Below, in pieces: positions 27,640 to 38,975 of a stretch of DNA of 64,000 bases. Made by a program: the position numbers and the translations under genes. This stretch comes from Lama glama (taxonomy: Eukaryota), in the NCBI GenBank assembly GCA_028534125.1, contig CM052818.1:1738001-1802000 (forward strand), read 5' to 3'. The first letter of the stretch is position 1. The number at the start of each line of letters is the position of its first letter. The notes under the pieces are model-generated. The model did no database searches. It was not told the origin of the DNA and worked only from the letters and a program-made list of their open reading frames with translations.

Positions 27640-28260
27640 ACAGTCTAATTTCAGACTTTCCATCGGTGGGCACGTGTTTGCCTTTCTTCCTCGTGTGTTT
27701 GTGTTTTGCATTCCCAGCCGCTCTGCTGAGTCTGAGTTTGTCTCACTGCCCTGAGCTGGGACCTGCGTGCTGTGCAGCTGTCCGCCGGATCGCAGGCTGT
27801 CGGCCTCAGTGCGGCCCCCGGCCTGCTCGCTCCACTTTCCCGCGATTCACCACCAAGCACAGAACTCACACTGAGAGGCAGGAACCCGTTTTCTCTCTTC
27901 TCCAAGTCCAGCCTAGCGCTTTGGGCCCAAGTTGCCCCCCAGCCCCCGGGACCTCAGGTTGACTTCAGAACTCCCCTGCCGCCCTTAAGTGTCCCCAGTA
28001 CTGTCCTGGCTCCGTGGCCATTTCATTTCCCCACTCGGCCCTGCGTGTCAGAGGCAGCGCCGGAGCGTTTCCAAAGGCCTCATTCGTCTTATGCGCGGCG
28101 AGCAGTCTGGCCTGGAGCAGAAGCTGAGCTCAGCCCTCAGCTGCCCCCCTCGTGTGATGGACCCTGGGCTTTGCCGCTTTCTGGGCGAGGTCTTGCCAAC
28201 CACAGAAACAGTGAGCCTCTTTAGCGCCCCGTCTCTGCCGTGGGGTAACCAGAGACAGAA
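27640..28260. promoter_or_regulatory. GC/CpG-rich intronic block (CpG-island-like candidate regulatory element)
   Basis: Visibly many retained CpGs against an AT-rich, CpG-poor background; no repeat recognised. Confidence 0.5.
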
Positions 28261-29191
28261 CGACTCCTTTCCAAAGGTGACTTTGCTGGCCAGAGCCTAT
28301 CACCTCAGTCTGGGCTTCCTGACCACTTTTTACAATTCTTTTGGATCAAACAGAGTACTCCGTGGCCTTTTCTGGTTATAGAGGTCTCATTGTTTAATGG
28401 TCAGGACAGGCCTTTTGCGGGCGTATCTTGGCTCTGGAATCCTAAAGGGTTTAGCAAACTTTACCTCAGTGGAATATCCTTTTTTTTTTTTCTTACTTTA
28501 AGCATAAAACAGTGAACCATAGAAATAAATGTTCTTGGGTCATCTGGTCAGTCTCCCGGGTCCAGCTACAGGGTGTTTCCTTTAGAGTATGGGCTAGTCT
28601 TTGTCCAGTCGCCGTTTAAATGTCCCAGCTGTTAGAGCATCCTCGTGTCTCATAGCAGCTCGAAGAACAAAACGAGCAGTGTTCTCTTGCAGGCTTCTTT
28701 CCCCTGCCTCCCGCCCTGTTGGCTGGCCCCTAGGAACCCAAGGAAGAGGCTCTCTCTCACAGTGTAACTTCAGGGATCCCCTTTAAGACAACCAGGAGTC
28801 GGGGCAGACCAGGGCTGTGTTCACCTGCGAACTTCCAGATTGCCTGGAAACGCGACCCGGAGCAGTGCAGCTCTTCTGTGGAGCCCGGGGCTTTTGAAGT
28901 CTTCTGGAACTTTCATTTCTCTCACATGGCCACATTTCTTGCCCCCTATTTCTGGGACACCTAGGCAGTATTTTTTCTCTTTTGTTCAGAGCTGTGAAAA
29001 GGAACTGTTTGTTTGACTATGAGTTTCCCCCACCTTTTTTTTTCACTCCCCCCCACCCTACACCCATTGCTCTCTTCCTCTCCCAAAGAAGAAAGAGGAA
29101 AGTGAGCCACAATAATACTTCTGTAAATTTATGGCCACTCTGTAATGTTTAATCACAGCTACGTGACTGGGGGCTTCAGAGCAGGCGTACA

Positions 29192-29290
29192 AGTTCAGCG
29201 CAAGGTGAATCTTGTCTGAGATAATCTGAAAGTTCATTCAGAGGTGAGGGCAGCAGCCTCTTGCAGACGGGTGAGGTTAACAGGAGGTCA
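29192..29290 (+). promoter_or_regulatory. Cluster of three DR5 RARE-like elements
   Basis: AGTTCA-gcgca-AGGTGA (29192-29208), AGTTCA-ttcag-AGGTGA (29231-29247), AGGTTA-acagg-AGGTCA (29274-29290). Confidence 0.7.
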
Positions 29291-30287
29291 CCTGCTTTTT
29301 TTTTTTTTTTTCTTTCTGGTCTTCTCCCCTTTAATGTGTAAACAAAGGGAAAATGTAACTTCCAATGAACTTGGCATATGTTGTGCTCACGCTAATCTTA
29401 GCCTGGCCAACTGTAAACAGTCCAATATCCTGTGGCTGAGCCTTTCCACCCATTCTCCGCCTTCTGGAGAGCATGAAGAGACACCCACAGAAAGCAGAGG
29501 CTAGCACCTTGTGGAGGCAGGCCCCGGGGTCCCAGAGAACCACAAGAAGCCCCGGGGGAGGCCCCAGAGGAGATCACAGGCAAAGGTGTTTGCTGTGAAG
29601 CATCTGGGGCCTCCAGCTCACTGGCCTCCTGCCACGTTTCCTAACAGCCATCAGTCAGCACGCATTGCTGAGTTGCTTTGCTGCCCCACACAGTGCTTAA
29701 CTCTAAGGCAAACATGGACCAGCCCTTAAGGTGCTTACAGGCTGGAAGGCGAGGGCACCTATGATCTGACCTTAGAGGATGAAGGAAGAGGGATTTTGCT
29801 GGTATCCAGAGAAAGTCGAAGACAGCTTCTGGCCAGACCCTGTCACAAGCTCCCCTCCATCGCAGGGCTATGCTTTGGTTTCCATTCCCATGTGCGGAGA
29901 TGCCTCCAGGCCGGAGAATTCCAGAAGCTTATGGAGGCAGTGGATGTGGGCAGTAGGGGGGCCCATAGCCTGGGCATCAATTGCTGATGTAGAGCAGTGG
30001 CCACTTGGTGATTTTTGACCAACTCTCCTTGCCATAAGCCCGGTTCCTTGCCCCTCCAGAGCCCCTGGGCTAGTACAGAGGTGCTTGGGGAACATACCTC
30101 TGCTGAACCTCAGTGGCCCCCTCTTGGGAATGTGGGTGTGTAATTAGTACTCCAGGACCCAGAGCCGGGATTAGTAACTAGTGAATTATCTGTGGCGAGT
30201 GTCAGAAATCTCAAACCGGCTTCTAGAACTCCAAACGCATTTGAGGAGTCTTTAGGGAATGAGGGCTTCCCCCGCGTTCGGCCACCA

Positions 30288-30338
30288 TAGGACCATTTTC
30301 ATAGTACGAGGTAGGACCATTTTCGTAGTATGAGGTAG
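30288..30338. repeat. 24-bp tandem duplication
   Basis: taggaccattttcRtagtaYgagg twice plus tag. Confidence 0.95.
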
Positions 30339-32189
30339 TAAGGAAAGTTCAGAGGTTCCGAGACTCCCTCTGTACTGTGATTGTGACAAGGAAATAGAAA
30401 CCTCTTTAACTACACTTGATACTAAGTATTTCCTGGCTAACATGCTAGGTAGAAGGAGAGAGAAAGATCCTGCCCTTAAGGAGTTTACAACCTCCCTGAG
30501 GGAGCAAGACAGCAAATAATCATCATAATTAGGAGTTTAAGACAGGCTCTGATACCACCAAACGAGATATGGTGGTGGAGGCTTCTTAAGGCTCTCTTTA
30601 GAAAGGGGAAGGTCTGGATGAAGAGAAAAGGGGAGGTATTCCAAATCAGAGAACAGCCTGAATGGTGTGTGAGGGCAGAAACGAGTGGGTAGCTTCGTTT
30701 CTTTTTCTTTTTCTCCTCCTCTCCTCCTCCTCGCCATCATCACTAATTGCTGAGCATTCACATGTACCAGGCACTCTGCTGAGCACAATGCTAAGGTAGG
30801 TATTATTATTTCTGCTTTGATGTGTGGCTGGTATCTTGCCCGGGGCCACAGAAGTGGGAAACCGTTGCACCTTCTGGTCTCAGTGTCGCTCTTGGCAGAA
30901 TGACTTGGATTTGCCTCATTACCACTCATCTTTCTGACTCTGAAGATTTCCTAACCCCCCAGCCTCTGCCCCTAGCCCAGTGTTGTAAAATGTTTGTTTT
31001 TGAGATCCTGAAGGGGAACAGGAGAAGGTGTTGGGAAAATTTAGTTGCTAAAGATGACACCTTCAAGTCAGGAAGGGGGCTTGTCACCAGATGGAGAGGA
31101 CTAGTTAAGGGGTGACAAGATGATGGTGATTTGCCAGTGCATTGTGGTGTCTCCTTTGGGGTGATTTTCCTACAGACATGGGGAAGATCTTAGGTAAAAG
31201 AATAGACTGTTTTTCCCACAGCTTGCCCATGGTATTTAAACTGTGGGCGCTCCCCTCGAAAAAAACCACTGCTTATGATCTGGCCCTTGAAGGAGCTCTG
31301 CTCCCGGGGAACAAGCCACATGGACAGATGCTAATCTGGAGAATGTTCCTCTGCTCCTGGCTCACAGAGAATGTGGACATGATGGCCCTGGGGTCAGAGA
31401 AGGGAGTTGTAGCTTGGATGAAGGCCAGGGGCTCCAGCCTATATTACATTGAAGCAAGTCAGATAACTTTTGTTGCTTTAAAGTTCATGAAGGGTAATGT
31501 TTAGTGGCTTTTAAAAATTTTGAATAGTAATGATACCTTGTGATAAGAGTGTTACTAACTGTAATAACAGTATGAAATTCTCAAGTGGTTTCGCTTACAG
31601 TATCTCTTCTCGTGCCTTTATGTGATAAGTTGGAGCAGTTTGGTTTTTTTAACAAATTCACATCACAGATTGAGAAACTGAGTCAGAAAACTATCATGAC
31701 TGGCCTGAGACCTCACAGCAAGCCATACTATAACCCAGAGATAGTAGACAGAAAGGGCTAGTGTTGGATAAAGGCTCCCAGGCCATCAGAGATAAACACC
31801 TTATTACTCTGGCCATATAAGAAATTAGAAGATTGAGTTTACTTTTGCAAAATAAACCTTTCAATCGCAGGATCTCTGAGAATGTCTCAGACTCTCCCCC
31901 AAGGAGGCTTCTTCTCCTAATTTCTCCTTTCCACCCAACTCAAACCCTAGCTTAATGGCTGTTTAGATGATTCTTGGAAAATTTCAGAGACAATCTATTC
32001 ACATTCAAGGAAATAAAGGATAAAGGCTATAAAAGCAGAATTTGCTCTTGTCTCTTCTCTCCTGTCCCAGGTCAACCTCAGAGATCTTTGAAAACTCCTG
32101 TAGAAGTGTCCTGATCCATTCCCAGAGCCTCAGAAGTGGGAATGTAACTTCCTGAGATTACTATTTAGAGAAGAAATACTTTGTGTTTA

Positions 32190-32845
32190 TAAGACTAAAA
32201 GTAGACTTACCATATGACCCAACAATCCCACTCCTGGGCATATATCCAGAGGGAACCCTAATTCAAAAAGACACCTGCACCCCAATGTTCATAGCAGCTC
32301 TGTACACAATAGCCAAGACATGGAAACAACCTAAATGTCCATCGACAGATGACTGGATAAAGAAGTTGTGGTGTATTTATATAATGGAATACTACTCAGC
32401 CATAAAAATGATAAAATAATGCCATTTGCAGCAACATGGATGTCCCTAGAGAATGTCATTCTAAGTGAAGTAAGCCAGAACGAGAAAGACAAATACCATA
32501 TGATATCACACATATATGGAATCTAAAAAAAAAATGAACTTATATATAAAACAAAAACAGACTCACAGACATAGAGTACAGACTTGTGGCTGCCAGTGGG
32601 GAGTGAGGTAGGAAGGGACAGACTGGGAGTGTGAGATTTGCAGATACTGACCAGTATATATAAAATAGGTAAACAAGTTTATACTGTACAGCACAGGGAA
32701 TTATATTCAATATCTTGTAGTATCTCATGGTGAAAAAAATATGAAAGTGAATATGTGTATATTCGTGTATGACTGAAGAATTGTACTGTACACCAGAAAC
32801 TGATGCAACATTGTAAACTGACTATAACTCAATTAAAAAGAAAAC
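32190..32845 (+). mobile_element. 5'-truncated LINE-1 (ORF2 end plus 3' UTR)
   Basis: LPYDPTIPLLGIYP...TCTPMFIAALYTIAKTWKQPKCPSTDDWIKK. A-rich end; diverged TSD-like flanks agaaatactttgtgtttat / agaaaacgttatgtttat. Confidence 0.92.
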
Positions 32846-35269
32846 GTTATGTTTATCTTAATTCTAGTCAGAGTGGGCTTAATGGCCTCAGCTCTCCTGT
32901 GTGTGCTCCTTTTTTGATTCCTCTGCATCTTCTTTCCCAAGGAGAGTTGGAGATGCTTTCAGTTATCCCATTAAAAGTCTTGACATGGTCTCACCAGCCG
33001 AGTTTTCTCTGTGCCACTTGCTATGGTATCAAATTCAGGGGGATTTAAGTTGCCCCATGAAGTGACCTGATGTTTTTACGTCACTTCAGATATGTCTGGT
33101 GGTAAAGATGGACTCATACTCCTTTCTCACTTACCCTCCTAGGATGCCGCCTCCTCCCTGGACACACGCAAGCACTGTGGAAATCCACTGTCAGCCAGAA
33201 ACACAATTGTACACATTCCCGTCATTGAATGAGTTGATAAATCCAGTGGAGTATATTTAAGTACACTCATACAGTGGAGAAAGCTACTTAGCAGTCAAAA
33301 TCAATAAAGGTGTTAAAAAAAATAAAATGAAGTAAAATGGTCAGGAAATAAATGTTCATATAAAAGAGAAAAAAATTTGATGAGCTAGGTTGACACGGAT
33401 CAACATGGACAGCTCTTGAAAACACAATATTGAATGAAAAAAGCAAGTTGTGCAATGTTGTGTATAATATATCTGTAAACTAAAACACAAAACATTACCA
33501 TAGTTTGTTTCTCCATTAAAAGCATAAAAACATGTAGGGGAGACGTAACAAAATCATGATAGTGGTTTTCCCCCGAGAAGGCGAAAGGGAGGGACATTTC
33601 ACATTTACTTATAATGTTTTATTTTTTTAAAACAAGAGGAGGATCTAAAGTAAAATAGATCATTAATGTTTGTTCACTGGGAATAAGATGGACTTTTTTT
33701 TAATTTAGTTTTTAATTAAAAAAAAAAAGAGCTCTCTTCCCTCCTCGTTCACCTGTCTAGGCATTTGACGTGCATTCTGTTCGCAGAGGTTTGGTTTCTT
33801 TGCCAGCTTGTTAAATTGTACCATGTGGTGGAAGGAAAAGTGGACTAGAAGTCAAGAGCTGGTGTTTTAACCCCAGCCCCATCCATGGTAGCTTTTCCTG
33901 TGATCGTGGGTCTTTCTGGACCTCAGTCCCCTCCTCTGCAAGATGCAGGAAAGCTGCTGTCCTCTGCGACCCCTCGCAGTCTGCTGGTTTAGCAGGCTCA
34001 TTCCTGCTGAGTGATGGGAACGCCTCTCTCTGCCCCATAGCCGTTTCCTTCCTGATAAGTCATTCTGTTCTCTAGGGCTAGGCTCTTAGAGCTGGAAGGG
34101 GCATTAATGTCATTGGTCTTCAGTAAAGGTGAGTTTTAGAGGAATCCTATTTAGTAGTAGGGCTAGTGACAGATCCCGGGCGACAGTGCTGATCTGGTCG
34201 TCTGCCTTCTTTCTGGGGAGTCTGAAAAGCTTTGGAAACCAAAGGAATACATTTACAGCTGGCAGAGGAAAGCAAGATGACTGAAAACGTATGTTTGCTA
34301 ACCAAGAGGTAGATAATATAGATCAAACCAAAGAAGTTTGGGGTCCCAAGTGTTTTTAGAATGCCAGGCAGCATAAAAAATGAAAATTGTTCCTCCCTCA
34401 GCAGGAAGATGCTGAGAAGTAACTTTGTGACAGTTTTGGACAGAAGGACAATTTTAGAAGGAGATTCTGATAAAAAGGACAGCTATTCATGGGGATTGCG
34501 GGTGGGGCGGAAATGGAGGTAGAGAAGATTTCTAATTTCTAAGATTTCCCTGATTCTCTGAGCCTTAACTGACTTTGGTCACATTAAAACCTGCTTCAGG
34601 CCCCTAGCCAGCCTGCCCGTCTTACCTATAAAACTCACAGCGAGCAAAGACAAAGGAAAAAGCAGGACATGTCTGTTCACCCGCTCCGTAGCTCAAGCAA
34701 AGGCAAGCTGGGGGAACGCAGAGACATACTGATTCATCTGCTGTTGTTTGGAATAAGAACAGTTATAGGAAGCACCTGCTTGGTTCCGTCATCTCTGTGA
34801 CTCTCCTGGTCCCTGGAGGATACTGATTTTGGAAACTCTGCCTTGGGATCAGTCTAGCTTTCCCTGCCCCTCCAACGCTCAGCCAACCTTCGGTTACTCA
34901 TTCAGACCTGATGCACGCAGGGACCATCCTTTCCTCTGTCGCCCTGTTACTGCCATCGTAGTCTAGATCCTAATTACCTCCGAGTTGCCTGCATGAAAAT
35001 TTTTTCAAGTCCATTTATGTTACTAATAAATTACTACGGAGATGTTACCACTCAACATGGGTTATAAATTTTTTTTTTAATCCTTAGACTGGTAGTCAGT
35101 CCTCTTCATTGTCTAACTCAGCTACTGCCTCTTCCACCTTCCCACCCCTCTTCCTTTATATGCCACCTCTGCTCAGCCAAGTTGTGTACCAGTTGGCCCT
35201 TGAGAGAGTCCACAAGGGAAAGGAAGGGAAAACCCAGTCTTGGGGACAGACTATCCTGGGTCCAAGCCG

Positions 35270-35460
35270 TGACTCTGTCACTTACTGAGTATGTTCCTTT
35301 CCACTCATTATTTTTATCTTTTTGAGAGTGCCTGCATTTCTTCATCTGGAAAATGGAGATACTTACCTCCTAGGCTGTTGATTTTCTTGGAAAGGAAATG
35401 AAATAGATGAGTACGTTGCCTGGCCCAGTATCTGTCACATGGTAGATGTTCAAAAAATGT
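35270..35460 (+). mobile_element. MIR SINE
   Basis: gcctgcatttcttcatctggaaaatggagatacttacctcctaggctg...gcctggcccagtatctgtcacatggtag. Confidence 0.7.
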
Positions 35461-35595
35461 TCGATTTCTTCTTGAACACGACTCCGCTACTCCTCTTCCT
35501 GCACCTTGGCTTCCATGAGTCTCTGTTTGAAATTCCCTACATCCTCTCCTCTGTTTGATCGAAATTGTGCCCATCCTTTTGAAAGACTGGAACTT

Positions 35596-35742
35596 GGGGG
35601 AGGGTATAGCTCAAGTGGTAAAACCCCTGCTTAGCATGCAAAAGGTCCTGCGTTCAATCCCCAGCACCTCCATTAAAAATAATGATAATAATTAAATAAA
35701 TAAACCTAAATACCCCCAAAAAAAGTTTAAAAAAAAAAGAAA
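35596..35742 (+). mobile_element. tRNA-derived SINE (vic-1-like, camelid) with A-rich tail and TSD
   Basis: ggggagggtatagctcaagtggta...ggtcctgcgttcaatccccagcacctcca carries A/B boxes. Flanked by GAAAGACTGGAACTT (35581-35595) and GAAAGACTGGGACTT (35743-35757). Confidence 0.88.
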
Positions 35743-37891
35743 GAAAGACTGGGACTTGAAATCTTTGAAGCCTCTCCCATCTTTCCTCGCTCTTATTGCA
35801 TCCCGCCATCATGGCCCGGGTCCTTCATTTGGCTCTCACGGGCAAGTGCCATCCATGCTCACCAGGACTTTTTATCAAATGTGTTTAATTCTAAAATGGC
35901 CTTGAGGTGACTCATTACAATGCCTCATAAAATATAATTAGGAAAATTGAACTGAAAAGAAGGAAAGAAATTTAAGGAGAAGGGAACCAGCATACACCCA
36001 CAGCCGTGCGGCTGAATTTGTGCCCTTCCTAGGAACTAGCATTTCCTTAACACAGTCTTTGGGAGGCAGAACCCTTTTGAGGTTTGGAGTTTATAGAGCA
36101 GAAACAAACGCACAAAAAGGATCCCTTGGTGGTTGAGAACCATTTATCATCTAATACCTCTTTAACTGGTCCATTGATGAGTTGCAAAATGTGGCAGTGG
36201 AATCTGAATTATAATTTTAGTCAGTTTCTAGTCCCTCACACACAGAACAAAATAGATTTGAAATTATATCTGACTGAGCTAAAGGTCTTCAGAAACTAGC
36301 TATTCAGTGCTGAGCCTTTTGAACAGACCCAAGCACATTTCCCGGGCCATTGAGATTCTAGCTTGTTCTAAACTTATCCAGATTATAAGGATGTCCCCTT
36401 CTTTACTCTCCTTTTGATGGTAGACATTTTTCCTATGCCTACCATAAAGTTCCTGGACTCTAATTTGTTAATGACTCATATAAAACAAGAAGTGATTTTC
36501 TACAACCAATGTTTCTAATGTATCCATTTACAAAAGAGAACCCAAGCCATTTTCATTATGAATTTGTGTCTAAGTAAAGTTCATTGTTCACAATCGTGGA
36601 TACAAATCGTATTTTAAATAGCCTTTTGGTCATTTCAAATTTGGAGGACCACTTTATCAAAGCTAATTAGCCATCAGCATTCGTGCTTTATCGTGTGGAT
36701 GGTAAAGAACTCGCACGAGACGAGGAGGCTGTGAGCGCTGCCTTCTAGACATTTGCTTATCCTCTCATTGTGAATATTACCGTCAATTCACAGTGTCTTT
36801 GCCAAGGTATTTTGAAACCGCTTACTCATTTTGGCCAGAGAGGGAGGGTAAGTTAGTGAAAAACTCAGCAAGATAATCCCTAGCCTGCTGACCATGCAGC
36901 CTGTGACAAACCACAATATGCAGAACAAAAATGAGCCCTGGCCCATGGCTCCCACCTCCTTCTCTGCCACATCTGCGGCAGCGACTCCATCCAAAACCCA
37001 CACCTGCCCGCCCTCTTCTTGAACATGTGTATACGGTGTGGTTATTACCACCCGGGGTGACAAGAGGTTTTCCTCCTGTCCCCTGCAGCAGGACAGATGC
37101 TGTCATCAGTGAGAAATGGCCTTACTGGGCAGTCTCTGACACAAAGGAATGCTTGTGTTTGCGTTTTTGGTTTTTGTTTTTGTTTTTATTTTTTTTTAAT
37201 TTGGGAGTCTTCCCTGGCACCAACTGATGACAATGGGAGAGCCTTAAGCATCTCTATCTTTATTTTTCTCTCTACCAGGGTAGTCTCAGAGGTGAAAAGT
37301 TTAGATAGCAAACCTATAAACCCACATTTATGAGGCAAATAAATATTTCTCAGAGTGACGTTCCCTTTCAGGGGAAGCTGCTGATGTGCGATTGGTCTCT
37401 GATAAAGAGCTGAGTGGAGCTTCCATCCACCTGGCAGCTGGGGCTGGAGGGAAAGCGGGGAACTGCACACCCTTACTTACTGCTTACCCTGTCCTGCCCT
37501 CCCGCAACCAGGGAGGAAAAGAGGAGGAGGTCAGAGTTTTCAGGGAGGCCCCAGTGCCAGGCTACTGAGTAGCCAGTGTTGTAAACCTCAGGTACAAGCC
37601 AGATCCCTTTAACCTAAAGAGAGCCAGAGAAACTTGGAACCTCTTCCCAGCCCAGTTTCATGGCCTGGGGAAAATCCAGAGGCCTCTTTCAGATGTCTGT
37701 GAATCCCTTGAGACCTCCAGTCTTCTTGTTTCCTGGGCTCCCATTTCCACAGTGTCATTTTGCAGCTTTCTAAGTGTGAAACTCAGCCTTTTTGAGTTCA
37801 CAGGGGGGAAAAAAAATTCACTCACTCAAGCAATTAAGGGCAGAGTAGATTTATCTAAAGACAACAATTGAGGACATGGATTTTTAGGGAA

Positions 37892-38600
37892 TTTTTTTTT
37901 AATTGAAGTACAGTCAGTTTACAACATGTCGATTTCTGATGTACAGCATAATAGTTCAGTCATACATATGCCTACATGCATTTGTTTTCTTATTCTTTTT
38001 CATGATAGGTTACTACAAGATATTGAATATAGTTCTCTGTGCTGTACAGTAGGACCTTTTTGTTTATCTAGTTTATATATAGTATTTAGTATCTGAAAAT
38101 CTCAAACTCCCAATTTATCCCTTCCCCCCCGGTAACCATAAGTTTATTTTCTATGTCTGTGAGTCTCTGTTTTATATATAAGTTCGTTTGTTTTTTTATA
38201 GATTCCACATATAAGTGATATCATATGGTATTTTTCTTTCTCTTTCTGGCTTACCTCCCTTAGAATGATAATTTCCAAGTCCATCCACGTTACTGCAAAT
38301 GGCATTATTTTATTCTTTTTTATGGCTGAGTAGTATTCCATTGTATAAATATACCACAATTTCTTTATCCAGTCATCTGTCGATGAACATTTAGGTTGCT
38401 TCCATGTCTTGGCTATTGTAAATAGTGCTGCTGTGAACACTGGGGTGCACGTGTCTTTTTGAATTAAGGATCCCTCTGGATATATGCCCAGGAGTGGGAC
38501 TGTTGGAGCATATGGTAAATCAATTTTTAGTCTTTTGAGGAATCTCCGTACTGTTTTCCATAACGGCTACACCAAATTACATTCCCACCAACAGTGTAGG
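37892..38600 (-). mobile_element. 5'-truncated LINE-1 (ORF2 end plus 3' UTR)
   Basis: ORF 38144-38440 MFTAALFTIAKTWKQPKCSSTDDWIKKLWYIYTMEYYSAIKKN; poly(T) on + at the left end. Confidence 0.92.
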
Positions 38601-38789
38601 AATCCTACAAAGCAAGATATTTCCCCTGAACATCTTTCTCTGTCCTAAAGAAGTTTTTGCCTCCTTATTGTAATCAGAAGGGTCTCCCTGAAGCCATTGT
38701 CTTTCCTTCTTTTCTTTACTCTAGTAGCTACTAGACATTTTACATCTGAGAGAATTTCAGACGACACTGCCCTCCCTGGCCTGGCTCTA

Positions 38790-38975
38790 GAGGCAAATGT
38801 TTTTCTGTAAAGGAGTAAATAGTGAATATTTTAGGTTTTTCAGGCTGTAAAGGTCTCTGTCACAGCTACTTAACTCGGCTGTTATAGCATATAAACAGTC
38901 ATAGACAATATGTTACCCAATGAGCATGGCTGTGTTCCAGTAAAACTTTATTTACAAAAGCATGCGTTGGCTGTA
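38790..38975. mobile_element. MER58-like hAT-Charlie DNA transposon remnant
   Basis: ttttctgtaaagg...agtgaatattttagg...agcatggctgtgttccagtaaaactttatttacaaaa. Confidence 0.8.

Noticed and set aside
30331..30342. TGAGGTAGTAAG resembling the 5' end of let-7/miR-98
   Set aside because: Match ends after 12 nt, no precursor hairpin is evident, and it overlaps a tandem duplication.
35596..35675. tRNA-like sequence as a tRNA gene
   Set aside because: A-rich tail and 15-bp TSD identify it as a SINE; stems are imperfect.
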